Positions 27,892-37,936 are shown, counted from the first letter of the stretch. The stretch: 64,000 nt of DNA from an uncultured virus (IMG/VR IMGVR_UViG_3300027714_001912) (IMGVR_UViG_3300027714_001912), one strand, 5' to 3'. The notes: generated by a model not told the origin, from the sequence alone. Numbers and translations: made by a program.

Positions 27892-28287
27892 ATGTTAGAT
27901 ATTGCACAACGTCAAATTTGGGTTACGTTTCAGAAAGAAGGCATACATTTGTATCCTGGCGCTGATAAAGATCCAGCCTTGGCTACAGATAAGTGGGACG
28001 ATGTAAGTTTCTTGGGCTATGCTCATAGGCACATCTTTCACTTTCGTGTAGCAATTGATGTATTCCATGATGACCGAGATATTGAATTTATTCAATTCAA
28101 ACGTTGGTTGGAGTCGCTTTACAGCGGTGACATTTTAACACTTAACCACAGGAGTTGTGAGATGATTGGTGAAGAACTTGCTAATCAAATTCATAACAAA
28201 TATCCAGGTCGTTCGATAACTATTAGCGTTGCAGAAGATAACGAAAATGGTGCTACAATGACATTTAATCCACAACTAAAAGGATAG
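27892..28287 (+). CDS. queD: QueD-like T-fold protein (6-carboxytetrahydropterin synthase-like)
   Basis: GIH, HRHIFH metal ligands, DIEF, SCEMI, VAED.ENGA. Confidence 0.7.
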   Translation: MLDIAQRQIWVTFQKEGIHLYPGADKDPALATDKWDDVSFLGYAHRHIFHFRVAIDVFHDDRDIEFIQFKRWLESLYSGDILTLNHRSCEMIGEELANQIHNKYPGRSITISVAEDNENGATMTFNPQLKG

Positions 28288-28292
28288 CTATT

Positions 28293-28649
28293 ATGTCGAC
28301 TAATAATAATGACAAAAGCGCCTCAGTTAACTTTTTTAAGTTAACTGGATACTACAACATTAATGATATTAAGTATGATCTTCTTAAAATCATTGCCCCA
28401 TATGATGGGTATATGTATAACGAAAAAGAGACTGAGAAACTTCTCGGTGTGTTTGAATCGTACTTAGGCGATCTCAAACGTTCTTTCAAAATCTTCTCAT
28501 TTGTTATTGAGAATACTGAGAAAGAAAACGCAATTACATTTGATATTCAAATTAAGATGCAAAAAGATCGAAGCCCTAAGAAGCTTAAAATTCACGTAGG
28601 GAAACTTTGGGTAGAAGTAAAACCTAAGGTAGAGCCGACAGATGCGTAA
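28293..28649 (+). CDS. Hypothetical protein
   Basis: ORF within the operon. Confidence 0.7.
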   Translation: MSTNNNDKSASVNFFKLTGYYNINDIKYDLLKIIAPYDGYMYNEKETEKLLGVFESYLGDLKRSFKIFSFVIENTEKENAITFDIQIKMQKDRSPKKLKIHVGKLWVEVKPKVEPTDA

Positions 28650-29823
28650 GCTATTTTACATGGGGTTAGAACCCTACGAAGGCAGGTATACATTACAGTT
28701 GCAAGACTGGAGTGAACGTGCTTTCAAGAAGCGTGGGATAGAATATGTAGTTGTTCCTGGCGAGACAATTGACGACACTAAAGCAATTAGTGTTGGACAA
28801 GTATTAGATGCACATGGACGTTCGTTCTTTGGAATGAGCCAACTAATGAATCTAGTACAGATGATGCGTAGCGGAGAATGTAGTGGGGAGGATGTTGTTT
28901 TCTTTGAAGACATGTTTCAACCTGGTATGGAATCTCTACCATACATTATGTGTCAGATACCAGAAGAGCAACGACCTAAAATATTCTTGCGTTGTTTAGC
29001 ACAGGCAGTAGACCCAGATGACTTTGTTCATGTATGGGGTATGAGCAAGTGGATGTCTTTATACGAGCAGATGTGTAATGAGATTCCTAACGTTCATATA
29101 CTAGCAACAAACGAAGAAATGGTTGCACATATGCGTATTGCTAATTGGACTGCTCCAATTTTTAATATCAGTGGACTTAGCTTTGGTAAGGAAGAAGTTC
29201 TTACTAGAGTGGAACACAAAGTTAAACCATGGAAAGAACGTAGTGACCGTGTAGTATTTGCGGCACGTTTTGATCAAGAGAAACAGCCAGACTTTTTTAT
29301 GGATGTTATTGAAAAGGTTAAAGCAATACGTCCTGACGTTGAGTTTGCAGTGCTAAGTGGCGGACCATTACGTAGCAACAATCAGAAGTATTTAGATCGT
29401 GCGTTACAGATGGAACAAGATGGTAAACTAACAATCCTTAAAGACTTACAAAAGAATGATTACTACAATGTAGTTAATGATTCTAAAGTTATGTTCAATT
29501 GTGCATTGCAAGACTGGGTATCTAATACCGTAAGTGAAGCAGACGCATTAGGTTGTAATGTTGTTTATCCTGCATACAGAAGTTTCCCTGAAACATTTGC
29601 TAACGACTATACTAGACTTTACACACCGTGGAGTCAAGACAGTGCAGTTGAAAAGATTCTAGCTGGTCTAGATTGGCCTAGTGAGAACATGGGAAAAATT
29701 AGTAACTGGACTGATGGTACAATCGATCGTATGATTGACATCATGGAAGGAAGCTACAAGAAGAACATATGGGCTCGTAACGATAATCGTTATAGAGATC
29801 ACGTAGCGGAGGCAAAGTATTAA
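28642..29823 (+). CDS. GT-B glycosyltransferase (GT4/phage alpha-glucosyltransferase-like)
   Basis: VVFAARFDQEKQP, ALQDWVSNTVSEA, YRSFPE. Confidence 0.85.
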   Translation: MRKLFYMGLEPYEGRYTLQLQDWSERAFKKRGIEYVVVPGETIDDTKAISVGQVLDAHGRSFFGMSQLMNLVQMMRSGECSGEDVVFFEDMFQPGMESLPYIMCQIPEEQRPKIFLRCLAQAVDPDDFVHVWGMSKWMSLYEQMCNEIPNVHILATNEEMVAHMRIANWTAPIFNISGLSFGKEEVLTRVEHKVKPWKERSDRVVFAARFDQEKQPDFFMDVIEKVKAIRPDVEFAVLSGGPLRSNNQKYLDRALQMEQDGKLTILKDLQKNDYYNVVNDSKVMFNCALQDWVSNTVSEADALGCNVVYPAYRSFPETFANDYTRLYTPWSQDSAVEKILAGLDWPSENMGKISNWTDGTIDRMIDIMEGSYKKNIWARNDNRYRDHVAEAKY

Positions 29824-30780
29824 ATGAGAATACTAGTAACAGGAGCCAGTGGTTATATTGGTGCTCAAACATGTAAGGCGTTATCGCAGTATCATGAAAT
29901 AGTAGCAGTTGATCGCAACACAGTCAAGCACAACTACTTTAAAGAGTTTTATTGCGAAGACTATGGATCGTTTGAAGTGCAACAGTTACTACTCAATATT
30001 GATGCTGTGGTGCATATTGGTGCAACTAGTTTAGTAGGCCCTAGTGTTTTAGACCCTAGCAAGTACTACAAAAATAATGTTGTATCAACTATTGCATTGT
30101 TAGATGCATGCAAGGCACAAGGCGTTAAACGTGTTGTCTTTGCAAGCAGTGCCGCAACTTATGGGGAACCAAAGGAAGATGTATGTACAGAATCTGGACA
30201 GCATGAACCGGTTAACCCTTATGGTTGGAGTAAGCGTATGACAGAGATTATGCTAGCAGATTATGCTACAGCATATGGAATTAACAGTGTTAGTTGTCGC
30301 TTCTTTAACGTAGCAGGTGCAGACTTAGAAGGCGAGTTTGGACAGGAGAAACAAGCTACACATATTATTGCTAAGATTATGGAACTTGCTTTGGATAACA
30401 AAGAGTTTACATTAAATGGCGATGGCTTTGGCACACCAGATGGAACATGTGTAAGAGATTACGTACATGTACATGATGTTGCTAGAGGTTTAGGTATGGC
30501 ATTAGACTTCACAGAGAACAACAAAGGCGCATTTAGATTTAACATGGGTAACGGAAAAGGTTACAGCAACATGGATATTATAAATGCAGTAAAAGAGCAC
30601 ACGCCTTTAGATCCAACGTATAAAGTTGGACCAGCACGTGCAGGCGACCCAGCCACACTAATAGCAGACAGTACATTAGCTAACAGGGTATTAAAATGGA
30701 CACCAAATTATGGGCTTGACACAATAGTAAAGACAGCGTATAATTATTATATCAAAAACAATAAGACATCCACGTCTTAA
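29824..30780 (+). CDS. galE: UDP-glucose 4-epimerase
   Basis: TGASGYIG, SSAATYG, YGWSK, RFFNVAGA, DGTCVRDYVHV, RAGDP. Confidence 0.93.
   Translation: MRILVTGASGYIGAQTCKALSQYHEIVAVDRNTVKHNYFKEFYCEDYGSFEVQQLLLNIDAVVHIGATSLVGPSVLDPSKYYKNNVVSTIALLDACKAQGVKRVVFASSAATYGEPKEDVCTESGQHEPVNPYGWSKRMTEIMLADYATAYGINSVSCRFFNVAGADLEGEFGQEKQATHIIAKIMELALDNKEFTLNGDGFGTPDGTCVRDYVHVHDVARGLGMALDFTENNKGAFRFNMGNGKGYSNMDIINAVKEHTPLDPTYKVGPARAGDPATLIADSTLANRVLKWTPNYGLDTIVKTAYNYYIKNNKTSTS
30716..30744 (+). promoter_or_regulatory. Consensus sigma70 promoter for folE, inside the galE 3' end
   Basis: TTGACA-17-TATAAT. Confidence 0.75.
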
Positions 30781-30788
30781 ACTCGGAG
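30762..30788 (+). promoter_or_regulatory. Hairpin in the folE leader, next to the RBS
   Basis: TAAGAC-atccac-GTCTTA followed by aactcGGAG. Confidence 0.4.
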
Positions 30789-30794
30789 AACAGA

Positions 30795-31481
30795 ATGACT
30801 AAGTCAGAACAAATAAAGGCCCGCCTAAAACTAGGCAACATACGTTACTGGGCAGGCGATAACATTTCAGAAGTAATGCAAGAAGGCGACAAGGAAGAAC
30901 TAATTGAAGAACTAGTTCCTAAGTTTGAGGCTGTTCTTGACAGTTTACTAATTGATCGAGAAAACGATCCTAACAGTAAAGACACAGGTAGACGTCTAGC
31001 AAAGATGTATATCAAAGAATTAATGAGTGGGCGATATGAACCCATCCCAAACGCAACAGCATTTCCTAACCATATAAGTGAAGGTTATAGAGGTATGCTA
31101 GTTATCCGTAGTGAACTTACAAGTGTATGTTCACATCATCATCAACCAGTTAAAGGAGTTGCATACATAGGTATTATTGCATCTGAGAAGTTAATTGGTT
31201 TATCAAAGTATACTCGTATTGCACAATGGTGTGCAAGGCGTGGAACGTTACAAGAAGAACTATGTAATGATATTACCGCTGAAATTATGAAAGCAACAGG
31301 TAGTAAAAACGTAGGTGTTTATATTCAAGCAACACACGGTTGTTGTGAGAACAGAGGCATTATGGCACATAGTAGTCTAACACAGACAACAGTATTAGAA
31401 GGCTCGTTTAACACAGACCCAGGAACTAAAACTGAATTCTTTAACAACATTAAATTACAACAGGAGTTTGCACCAAGATGA
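30795..31481 (+). CDS. folE: GTP cyclohydrolase I
   Basis: SVCSHHHQP, IGLSKYTRI, LQEEL, HGCCENRG. Confidence 0.95.
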   Translation: MTKSEQIKARLKLGNIRYWAGDNISEVMQEGDKEELIEELVPKFEAVLDSLLIDRENDPNSKDTGRRLAKMYIKELMSGRYEPIPNATAFPNHISEGYRGMLVIRSELTSVCSHHHQPVKGVAYIGIIASEKLIGLSKYTRIAQWCARRGTLQEELCNDITAEIMKATGSKNVGVYIQATHGCCENRGIMAHSSLTQTTVLEGSFNTDPGTKTEFFNNIKLQQEFAPR

Positions 31482-32026
31482 TAGAAAAAGTATATTATAC
31501 ATGGAAAGACATTGAACATCAGATTCAAGTCATTGGAAATTTAATGGCAGCTGATGGTTGGCGTCCAGATTACATTGTAGGATTAACACGTGGTGGATTA
31601 GTTCCAGCCGTAATTATGTCCAACTCAACTGGTATTCCAATGCATGCATTAGATGTTAGGTTCCGTGATACTAACGAAATGTACGGCCCAGAAAGCAATA
31701 CATGGATGGCCGAAGATGCACTTGGTTATGATGGTACAGAAGACTTTAAGTCTTACAACAAAAAGAACATTCTAATTATGGACGACATTAATGATTCCGG
31801 TCGCACACTGTCTTGGATTAAACAAGACTGGCGAGGTGGATGTTTACCAGACAGCCCAGCATGGGATAGTATATGGGGTAGCAATGTTCGTACAGCATGT
31901 CTAATTGACAATGGTGGCAGTGGCTTTGGCGACTGTGATTATACAGCATTAGAGATAAACAAAATGGAACGTGACCAATGGATTGTATTTCCATGGGAAG
32001 GCGAACGTAACTACGGACAAGCATAA
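31478..32026 (+). CDS. Purine phosphoribosyltransferase (Gpt/Hpt-like)
   Basis: GLTRGGLVPA, ILIMDDINDSGRTL, WIVFPWE. Confidence 0.9.
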   Translation: MIEKVYYTWKDIEHQIQVIGNLMAADGWRPDYIVGLTRGGLVPAVIMSNSTGIPMHALDVRFRDTNEMYGPESNTWMAEDALGYDGTEDFKSYNKKNILIMDDINDSGRTLSWIKQDWRGGCLPDSPAWDSIWGSNVRTACLIDNGGSGFGDCDYTALEINKMERDQWIVFPWEGERNYGQA

Positions 32027-32361
32027 TGTCAGCTCAAAAACATTACTCAGGTGGACTTGTAACTTCAACAGTACAGGGCAAAGGAACACTTGGCCCTATT
32101 ACTACAATTAGTAACGCTAGTAGTGGATCGTTTATAACATCAAACGGAACTACAATACCACTGAACAACAACTCAATAACAACTTCTTCTGCACAGCCTA
32201 GCATAATAATACAGCACGACGGTATAGATATAGATGTAGGCAAAGTATTGCAAGAACTTCAGCTATATAAGACTGTATTTTCAGACATATTGACTGAAAT
32301 GGGCGTTGATGTGCCTACTAAAGTAGAAAAACACCGTTTTATACAAAAACTTTCAAAATAA
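32026..32361 (+). CDS. Ser/Thr-rich hypothetical protein
   Basis: Coupled ORF with low-complexity N-terminus. Confidence 0.65.
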   Translation: MSAQKHYSGGLVTSTVQGKGTLGPITTISNASSGSFITSNGTTIPLNNNSITTSSAQPSIIIQHDGIDIDVGKVLQELQLYKTVFSDILTEMGVDVPTKVEKHRFIQKLSK

Positions 32362-32385
32362 ATCAAATAAACCAAGACTTTTCGG

Positions 32386-32414
32386 TTGACAACCACCCTG
32401 TTTCATCGTATAAT
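32386..32414 (+). promoter_or_regulatory. Consensus sigma70 promoter with upstream A-tracts
   Basis: GGTTGACA-17-TATAAT. Confidence 0.8.
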
Positions 32415-32467
32415 ATATATACAAGTTAGAAATTTAACAGTTTTATAACACGTCAGGAGACAACACT

Positions 32468-35236
32468 ATGAAAAAGTTACTAATTACGGCACTGCTAACA
32501 ATTTGTTTAACAAGCACAGCATACGCCGCACCAGCATTTAAGAGTTACTATGATTACGCAAGTGGTCTAAACAGTGGATTACAAATTAGCTTTTCCACTT
32601 CAATGGTAAAAAACTACAATCGTTCTAATAAATCTTACAAGGGTTTGATTGACAAGTATGATCACTTGTTTAGTAAGTACGGTTGGTTTCAGAACCTTAA
32701 GCTAAGGTACGCTTTCCAAGTAGAAGAAATCTCAAAGTACAATTTGCTACTTAACAAAGTTGAAGCAAAGGTTACACTAGTAAGCACAAGTTATGTTAAT
32801 ACTAATGGTGTAATTACTACACGTGGAACTATCTCAGAAACAAGTAATACTGTAGTTGTAGAAGAAACAGTTGACAACAACGTAACAGAGTATGCAGTAG
32901 TTACTAAAACATTCTCAACCCCAATTAAGAAACAGGCTTGGGAAAATGTTAATGCTATTACATTATATAGTGATGGAACTAAAGGTTCTACTAACACTAC
33001 AAAAACAACATCAATTACAAATACTGTAGAAACAGAGACAAAGGTAGAGCGTACTGTTATACGTACATACGCATTGGTTGTTGAACCAGTTGTTGTAGTT
33101 GAAGAAGTAGTTGCAGAAGTAGAAGTAGTTGAAGAAGTAGTTGAGGTTGTTGAGGTTGTTGAAGAAGACAAGCCAGTAGTCGTAGTAATTACTGAAGCAG
33201 AATATCTTGCAAGAAACGATGTTACATATACAGATACTGAAACATATCGTAACGCAGTATGGGCAATGAATAGCAGAATCAATCAAACATATACAGACAC
33301 AGTATTGTCTAAGCATTATGGTAATCACTTAGAAACTATTGGTGCACCGGCTGCATGGAGCAGAGGTTACACTGGTAAAGGTTCTACTATTGCTATACTT
33401 GATACTGGTATTGATATGGACCATACGGAATTTAAAGACAGCATTAAAGGTACAAAATGTTTCACACGTAGCTGTAGGTTAGGTATTGAAACAATAGATG
33501 ATCTTAACAAGTACTCACACGGAACACACGTTGCAGGTATTGCAGCCGCAAACTTAGATGGTGTAGGTACTACAGGTGTTGCTTATGATGCAGACTTGCT
33601 AATTGCAAAGACAGCATACGATGCAGGATCATTTGACTTTACAGTTGTAGACGAAGCAATTGAATGGGCAGTTGAAAATGGTGCTGATGTAATTAATATG
33701 AGTGCTAACTATAACTTTGATAACACATACAAGAACTCAATTACTAAGATGTCAGATGGAATGTTTATGTCAACAGACACACGTGGACGTAATGGTATTA
33801 CATTTGATAAGTTTGGTTATGCAGGACTACTAGACAGTCAACATTATTATAAGAACATTGTTAACGCAATGAAAGGACACGAAGCAGTACTAGTAATGTC
33901 AGCAGGTAACCAAGGTACAGACGTTGTTGGACAGCCAGGCTTTATTGCACTAGATGCAGAAGTTGGTGACAGGGTTTTACTTGTTGGTAACTATGATACA
34001 CGTTTAGGTAAAATTGACCGTAGCAGTAACAAAGCTGGTACAATGTGTTTTGATGTTGTAGCTGGTACAAATACATGTGCAAGTGATGCACGTATTAGTG
34101 ATAGGTATTTGATGGCGCCAGGACGTTATGTTGCAAGTACAGATAACAATGGAGAGTACAGAACTAACAGTGGTACGTCACAAGCGGCTCCAATGGTATC
34201 AGGTGCAGTTGCAATTGTACACCAAATGTGGCCACACATGACAGGTGCTAACTTGTCTAAGTTGTTGCTAAACACAGCCAGCAAAGATATTGTAGGCTAT
34301 GATGTAAACGTACATGGACAAGGATTGCTAGACTTAAACGAAGCTACACTACCACAAGGTGCTATTGGACTTCCTACTACAGGACGAGTTACAGGTGGCA
34401 AGGTAGATGTAAGTAACAGTGGAACAATTGCAGTACAAGGTGGAAGTATCTCATCACTAACAAGTGTTATGGTTGTTGATGCATACGACAGAGACTATTA
34501 CTTTGATGCTAACAGCATGGTACAAGTAAACGACACACGTACTACAAGTCCAGTGGAAGCCGCTAAGAATGGTTTTGCACCAGACTACTACATTGGTTTC
34601 TCAGGTGGAACAGTTATCCCAACAGGTAACGGAAGTACATTCCTAAGCATTAACGAAACTAATAATAACATCAGCTTGCTACAAACATACGATAAGTTCT
34701 CATTAGGTCTTGTTAACGAATCAGACACTTACTTAGGTAACTATGCAAACAGTAGCTTAATGAAAGTAGATGGTAGTAACACAGCATACATTGGTTACAA
34801 TGAAAGCATTGACATGGGAGATGGATTAAAGTTTTATGGTAGTGCAACAATTGGTGCAACAAAACTAGATGTTGATAACAGTTCAATGCTTAAGAGTGCA
34901 GACATTATGATGTCTAACAGTGCTACACTAGGCTTCTCGCAAACTATAAACACAAGAAGTACATTTGGGTTTGTAACAAGTATGCCAGTTAGCATTACAA
35001 GTGGTAAAGCACACTTTAACTTGCCAACTAGTGTTAGTACTAATGGAGACATTAATAGTTCTAATATGAGTAGCTCATTAGAAGCTCCTAAAAGAGAAGT
35101 AGACTTTGGATTGTTTTATAACTACAACCCAACAGAGAATACAGCTTTTACAGCTAACATTGAACTACGTACTAACTATGCAGGAACAAGTGAAAACATG
35201 GGTACAGCAGGCGTAAGCTATAAGGTGATGTTTTAA
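32468..35236 (+). CDS. Exported S8 subtilisin-like serine protease with a beta-rich C-terminus (autotransporter-like)
   Basis: Signal peptide; ILDTG, HGTHVAG, SAGN, SGTSQAAP; terminal GVSYKVMF. Confidence 0.92.
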   Translation: MKKLLITALLTICLTSTAYAAPAFKSYYDYASGLNSGLQISFSTSMVKNYNRSNKSYKGLIDKYDHLFSKYGWFQNLKLRYAFQVEEISKYNLLLNKVEAKVTLVSTSYVNTNGVITTRGTISETSNTVVVEETVDNNVTEYAVVTKTFSTPIKKQAWENVNAITLYSDGTKGSTNTTKTTSITNTVETETKVERTVIRTYALVVEPVVVVEEVVAEVEVVEEVVEVVEVVEEDKPVVVVITEAEYLARNDVTYTDTETYRNAVWAMNSRINQTYTDTVLSKHYGNHLETIGAPAAWSRGYTGKGSTIAILDTGIDMDHTEFKDSIKGTKCFTRSCRLGIETIDDLNKYSHGTHVAGIAAANLDGVGTTGVAYDADLLIAKTAYDAGSFDFTVVDEAIEWAVENGADVINMSANYNFDNTYKNSITKMSDGMFMSTDTRGRNGITFDKFGYAGLLDSQHYYKNIVNAMKGHEAVLVMSAGNQGTDVVGQPGFIALDAEVGDRVLLVGNYDTRLGKIDRSSNKAGTMCFDVVAGTNTCASDARISDRYLMAPGRYVASTDNNGEYRTNSGTSQAAPMVSGAVAIVHQMWPHMTGANLSKLLLNTASKDIVGYDVNVHGQGLLDLNEATLPQGAIGLPTTGRVTGGKVDVSNSGTIAVQGGSISSLTSVMVVDAYDRDYYFDANSMVQVNDTRTTSPVEAAKNGFAPDYYIGFSGGTVIPTGNGSTFLSINETNNNISLLQTYDKFSLGLVNESDTYLGNYANSSLMKVDGSNTAYIGYNESIDMGDGLKFYGSATIGATKLDVDNSSMLKSADIMMSNSATLGFSQTINTRSTFGFVTSMPVSITSGKAHFNLPTSVSTNGDINSSNMSSSLEAPKREVDFGLFYNYNPTENTAFTANIELRTNYAGTSENMGTAGVSYKVMF

Positions 35237-35808
35237 TGTCGGGAACATATAAAAGGGGCAAGCTAGAAGTAATAGCTGGCCCTATGTTCGCAGGTAAGAG
35301 TAGTGAGCTTCTAAAGAGGCTACTATTCATTGAGCATGGTGGACATAAAGTATTAGTACTAAAGCCAATTGTTGATGACAGGTATGACAGTAACTTTATA
35401 GTAACACACAATCAATTAAAGCACCCGGCTGTAGCAGTAATTGATTTAGAACTAGTAAAAGATAATTACACAATTAAGCCTTACAACTACCACTCAGTGT
35501 TTATTGATGAAGTACAGTTTTTTGATATGAACGAAGCTATGTGGTTTGTAGAAGAAGGGTTAAGAGAAGGAGTTAACTTTGTAGTTGCAGGACTCGACCA
35601 AGACAGTCGTGGAGTTCCATTTGAGACTACAAGCAGAATGCTAGCACTCGCAGACGAGGTTGTTAAAATAAAAGCATTTTGTACTATATGTGGAATGGAT
35701 GCAGGAAAGACACAACGGTTAAAAGCAACCAGACACTCATCTAGGGTTAAAGTCGGCGGAGCAGAAACATATGAGCCTCGCTGTCACGAACATTGGGAGA
35801 GTAAATAA
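35236..35808 (+). CDS. tdk: Thymidine kinase
   Basis: GPMFAGKSSEL, IDEVQF, AGLD, CxxC, VGGAETYEPRC. Confidence 0.95.
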   Translation: MSGTYKRGKLEVIAGPMFAGKSSELLKRLLFIEHGGHKVLVLKPIVDDRYDSNFIVTHNQLKHPAVAVIDLELVKDNYTIKPYNYHSVFIDEVQFFDMNEAMWFVEEGLREGVNFVVAGLDQDSRGVPFETTSRMLALADEVVKIKAFCTICGMDAGKTQRLKATRHSSRVKVGGAETYEPRCHEHWESK

Positions 35809-35999
35809 TGACATATGCAGTAAAAGTAATGTTGTCAGTTGATGACTGGATTTACATTACAAAAAATAATAGCACACATTGTTGGGACTTAAAGCCTGAG
35901 ACGTTTGCTACAAAGAAGTTGGCATACGGATTTGCCAAACAATGGCGCCTTAGCGGAAAAGGCCAAAACGTAAAAGTGGTGAAATATAATGAAAGTTAA
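35808..35999 (+). CDS. Hypothetical protein
   Basis: Coupled ORF. Confidence 0.65.
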   Translation: MTYAVKVMLSVDDWIYITKNNSTHCWDLKPETFATKKLAYGFAKQWRLSGKGQNVKVVKYNES

Positions 36000-36522
36000 T
36001 ATAGGAAATTATCCTAGTTGGAACAGGTTTACCAATTGGATTGGATATGAACCTAAACAGAAGATCAAAGTTCAAATAGAAAGATGGGATACGTACAGCA
36101 TGGACCAAACACTATCACATATTATCCATCCTATGTTGATTCAGCTTAGAGATACATCACATGGTATCCCTTGGGTAGATCAAAAAGATGTACCAAAAAC
36201 ACTAAGGTGGACAAAAGCAGAAGCAGTTGCTTATGAAAAACATGGAGACATGGACGACAACTTCGGGCCAAGGTGGGAGTGGATTATTAATGAAATGATC
36301 TGGGCATTCGGCCAAAAGATAACTGATGATGACAATACATTTGGAGAAGGTAATTGGGATGTGTCCTGGACAGATACTGGCAAAGGTGATGGTACTTCTG
36401 AAATGAAATATGGACCTGATCATACTTATAAGATTGACAAGGATGCACTTACTAATCATCATGATAGAATGAGGAAAGGGTTTTTATTCTTTGGAAAATA
36501 CTATGAGCATCTTTGGGACTAG
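35989..36522 (+). CDS. Hypothetical phage protein
   Basis: WDTYSMD.TL..II.PML, EMIWAF, FGKYYEHLWD. Confidence 0.75.
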   Translation: MKVNIGNYPSWNRFTNWIGYEPKQKIKVQIERWDTYSMDQTLSHIIHPMLIQLRDTSHGIPWVDQKDVPKTLRWTKAEAVAYEKHGDMDDNFGPRWEWIINEMIWAFGQKITDDDNTFGEGNWDVSWTDTGKGDGTSEMKYGPDHTYKIDKDALTNHHDRMRKGFLFFGKYYEHLWD

Positions 36523-36646
36523 GTACAGGCTGTTTGTTAAATGGTATCGTAAACTCAGGGTTGACGGTTATGCTTGGTATAACTGTTTAGCTTGGGCGTG
36601 GAGTAATTCAAGAACACACAATATAGATGGGAGCTACAGACGATGA
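36503..36646 (+). CDS. 47-aa hypothetical protein (not in the ORF track)
   Basis: MSIFGTRYRLFVKWYRKLRVDGYAWYNCLAWAW; fills the gap, ATGA overlap with the next gene. Confidence 0.5.
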   Translation: MSIFGTRYRLFVKWYRKLRVDGYAWYNCLAWAWSNSRTHNIDGSYRR

Positions 36647-36837
36647 ACTATACAAAAATTGATGACAAGAACTGGATTGTAGTTGTGCAGGAAGATGGAA
36701 AAACAAAAGAACTGTTTATTGAATTTCCACCAGGCGCAATTGATCAAGCAGGATGGAGTGATGATCAAGATCTAGAATGGATTATTAATGACGATCAATC
36801 TGTTACATTAAGAAAGAAAGACAATGGAGAAACGTGA
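36643..36837 (+). CDS. AbrB/MazE-like small protein
   Basis: LFIEFP...QAGW...LEW......VTLRK. Confidence 0.6.
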   Translation: MNYTKIDDKNWIVVVQEDGKTKELFIEFPPGAIDQAGWSDDQDLEWIINDDQSVTLRKKDNGET

Positions 36838-37180
36838 AAGCTACTATGATTTTATGGGGCGTAAACTTAGGGAAGATGAAAACAAAATGACACAACTAAA
36901 TCTGTTCGTAGAAGATATTAATATATCAAACCTTGATAGGCAAACAGAACTTATGGCTATCACAGCAGAAGAATGTGGCGAACTAGTACAGTCGTGCATG
37001 AAGATAGCAAGATGGGGAGTAGATAAAAAGAAGATTGCTTCGTTACTAGAAGAAGCAGGAGATGTAGCATTGATGTTAGACTTGTTAGTAGAGAATGGAT
37101 ACATTACTAACGAAGAACTAAATGCTAGGAAAACAGTAAAACGACTTAAACTAACAAAGTATTCTAATTTAATTAACTGA
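36824..37180 (+). CDS. MazG-like NTP pyrophosphohydrolase
   Basis: AEECGELVQ...LLEEAGDV. Confidence 0.8.
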   Translation: MEKRESYYDFMGRKLREDENKMTQLNLFVEDINISNLDRQTELMAITAEECGELVQSCMKIARWGVDKKKIASLLEEAGDVALMLDLLVENGYITNEELNARKTVKRLKLTKYSNLIN

Positions 37181-37189
37181 GAGAAATAA

Positions 37190-37936
37190 ATGAACAATAA
37201 AGAACTATACATGTTATGGCACGATCAGGGATTCCTTGGTACATGGCTATCGTGGTTTATTAATAGCCACAGCAACTTCGGACAATACAAAGGCAACTTT
37301 AAGCATACGCCAATTGCACAATCAAGTCGTACTACTAAAACATTTGAAGAACCTCTATACTTTAATCAATCTATTGGAACATGGAACTCTGTGCTTAGTC
37401 ACAAGATACCTGCTAAGATACTTAACGAGAAGCCTAGCACGTATGATGAGCACATAGCTTGGTGTGATGCAATGGCTTGTAATAAAGACTACACAAAGCT
37501 AACTACACGCATCTCTAACCACTTTACTCCCGAGCATGCATTAACGTATGACTTTGCATCTAGATTTAAAAAGCATGAAGTAAAAGTTACTAAGAACATT
37601 TGTATTCACGCAGGCGACTATGCAAGCATGATATCAGATAGGCTAAAAGACTTAACACACCATGACATCTATCATGCAAATCACGCACAGTTGCGTACAG
37701 AATGGATACAACGTATTGACGATCGTAACGAACGTGTAAACTTTCCTTACCTAAGCACACTAGCACCTAATCACATTGTTGATATTAGTAGGCTTATGGG
37801 TGGAAGTAAAGTTGAGTATAGGCATTTACTAGAAGCAATAGGTGAAGAGCCACATCCCAATTGGAAATCTAAAATAGCAATGGCTAATGAAATGTTTACA
37901 AAATACCAATGGGTGGAGCCTAATGTCATTGCATAA
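37190..37936 (+). CDS. Hypothetical protein, possible divergent sulfotransferase fold; paralogue of 20717
   Basis: GTWLSWFINSH, EYRHLLEAI...NW. Confidence 0.55.
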   Translation: MNNKELYMLWHDQGFLGTWLSWFINSHSNFGQYKGNFKHTPIAQSSRTTKTFEEPLYFNQSIGTWNSVLSHKIPAKILNEKPSTYDEHIAWCDAMACNKDYTKLTTRISNHFTPEHALTYDFASRFKKHEVKVTKNICIHAGDYASMISDRLKDLTHHDIYHANHAQLRTEWIQRIDDRNERVNFPYLSTLAPNHIVDISRLMGGSKVEYRHLLEAIGEEPHPNWKSKIAMANEMFTKYQWVEPNVIA

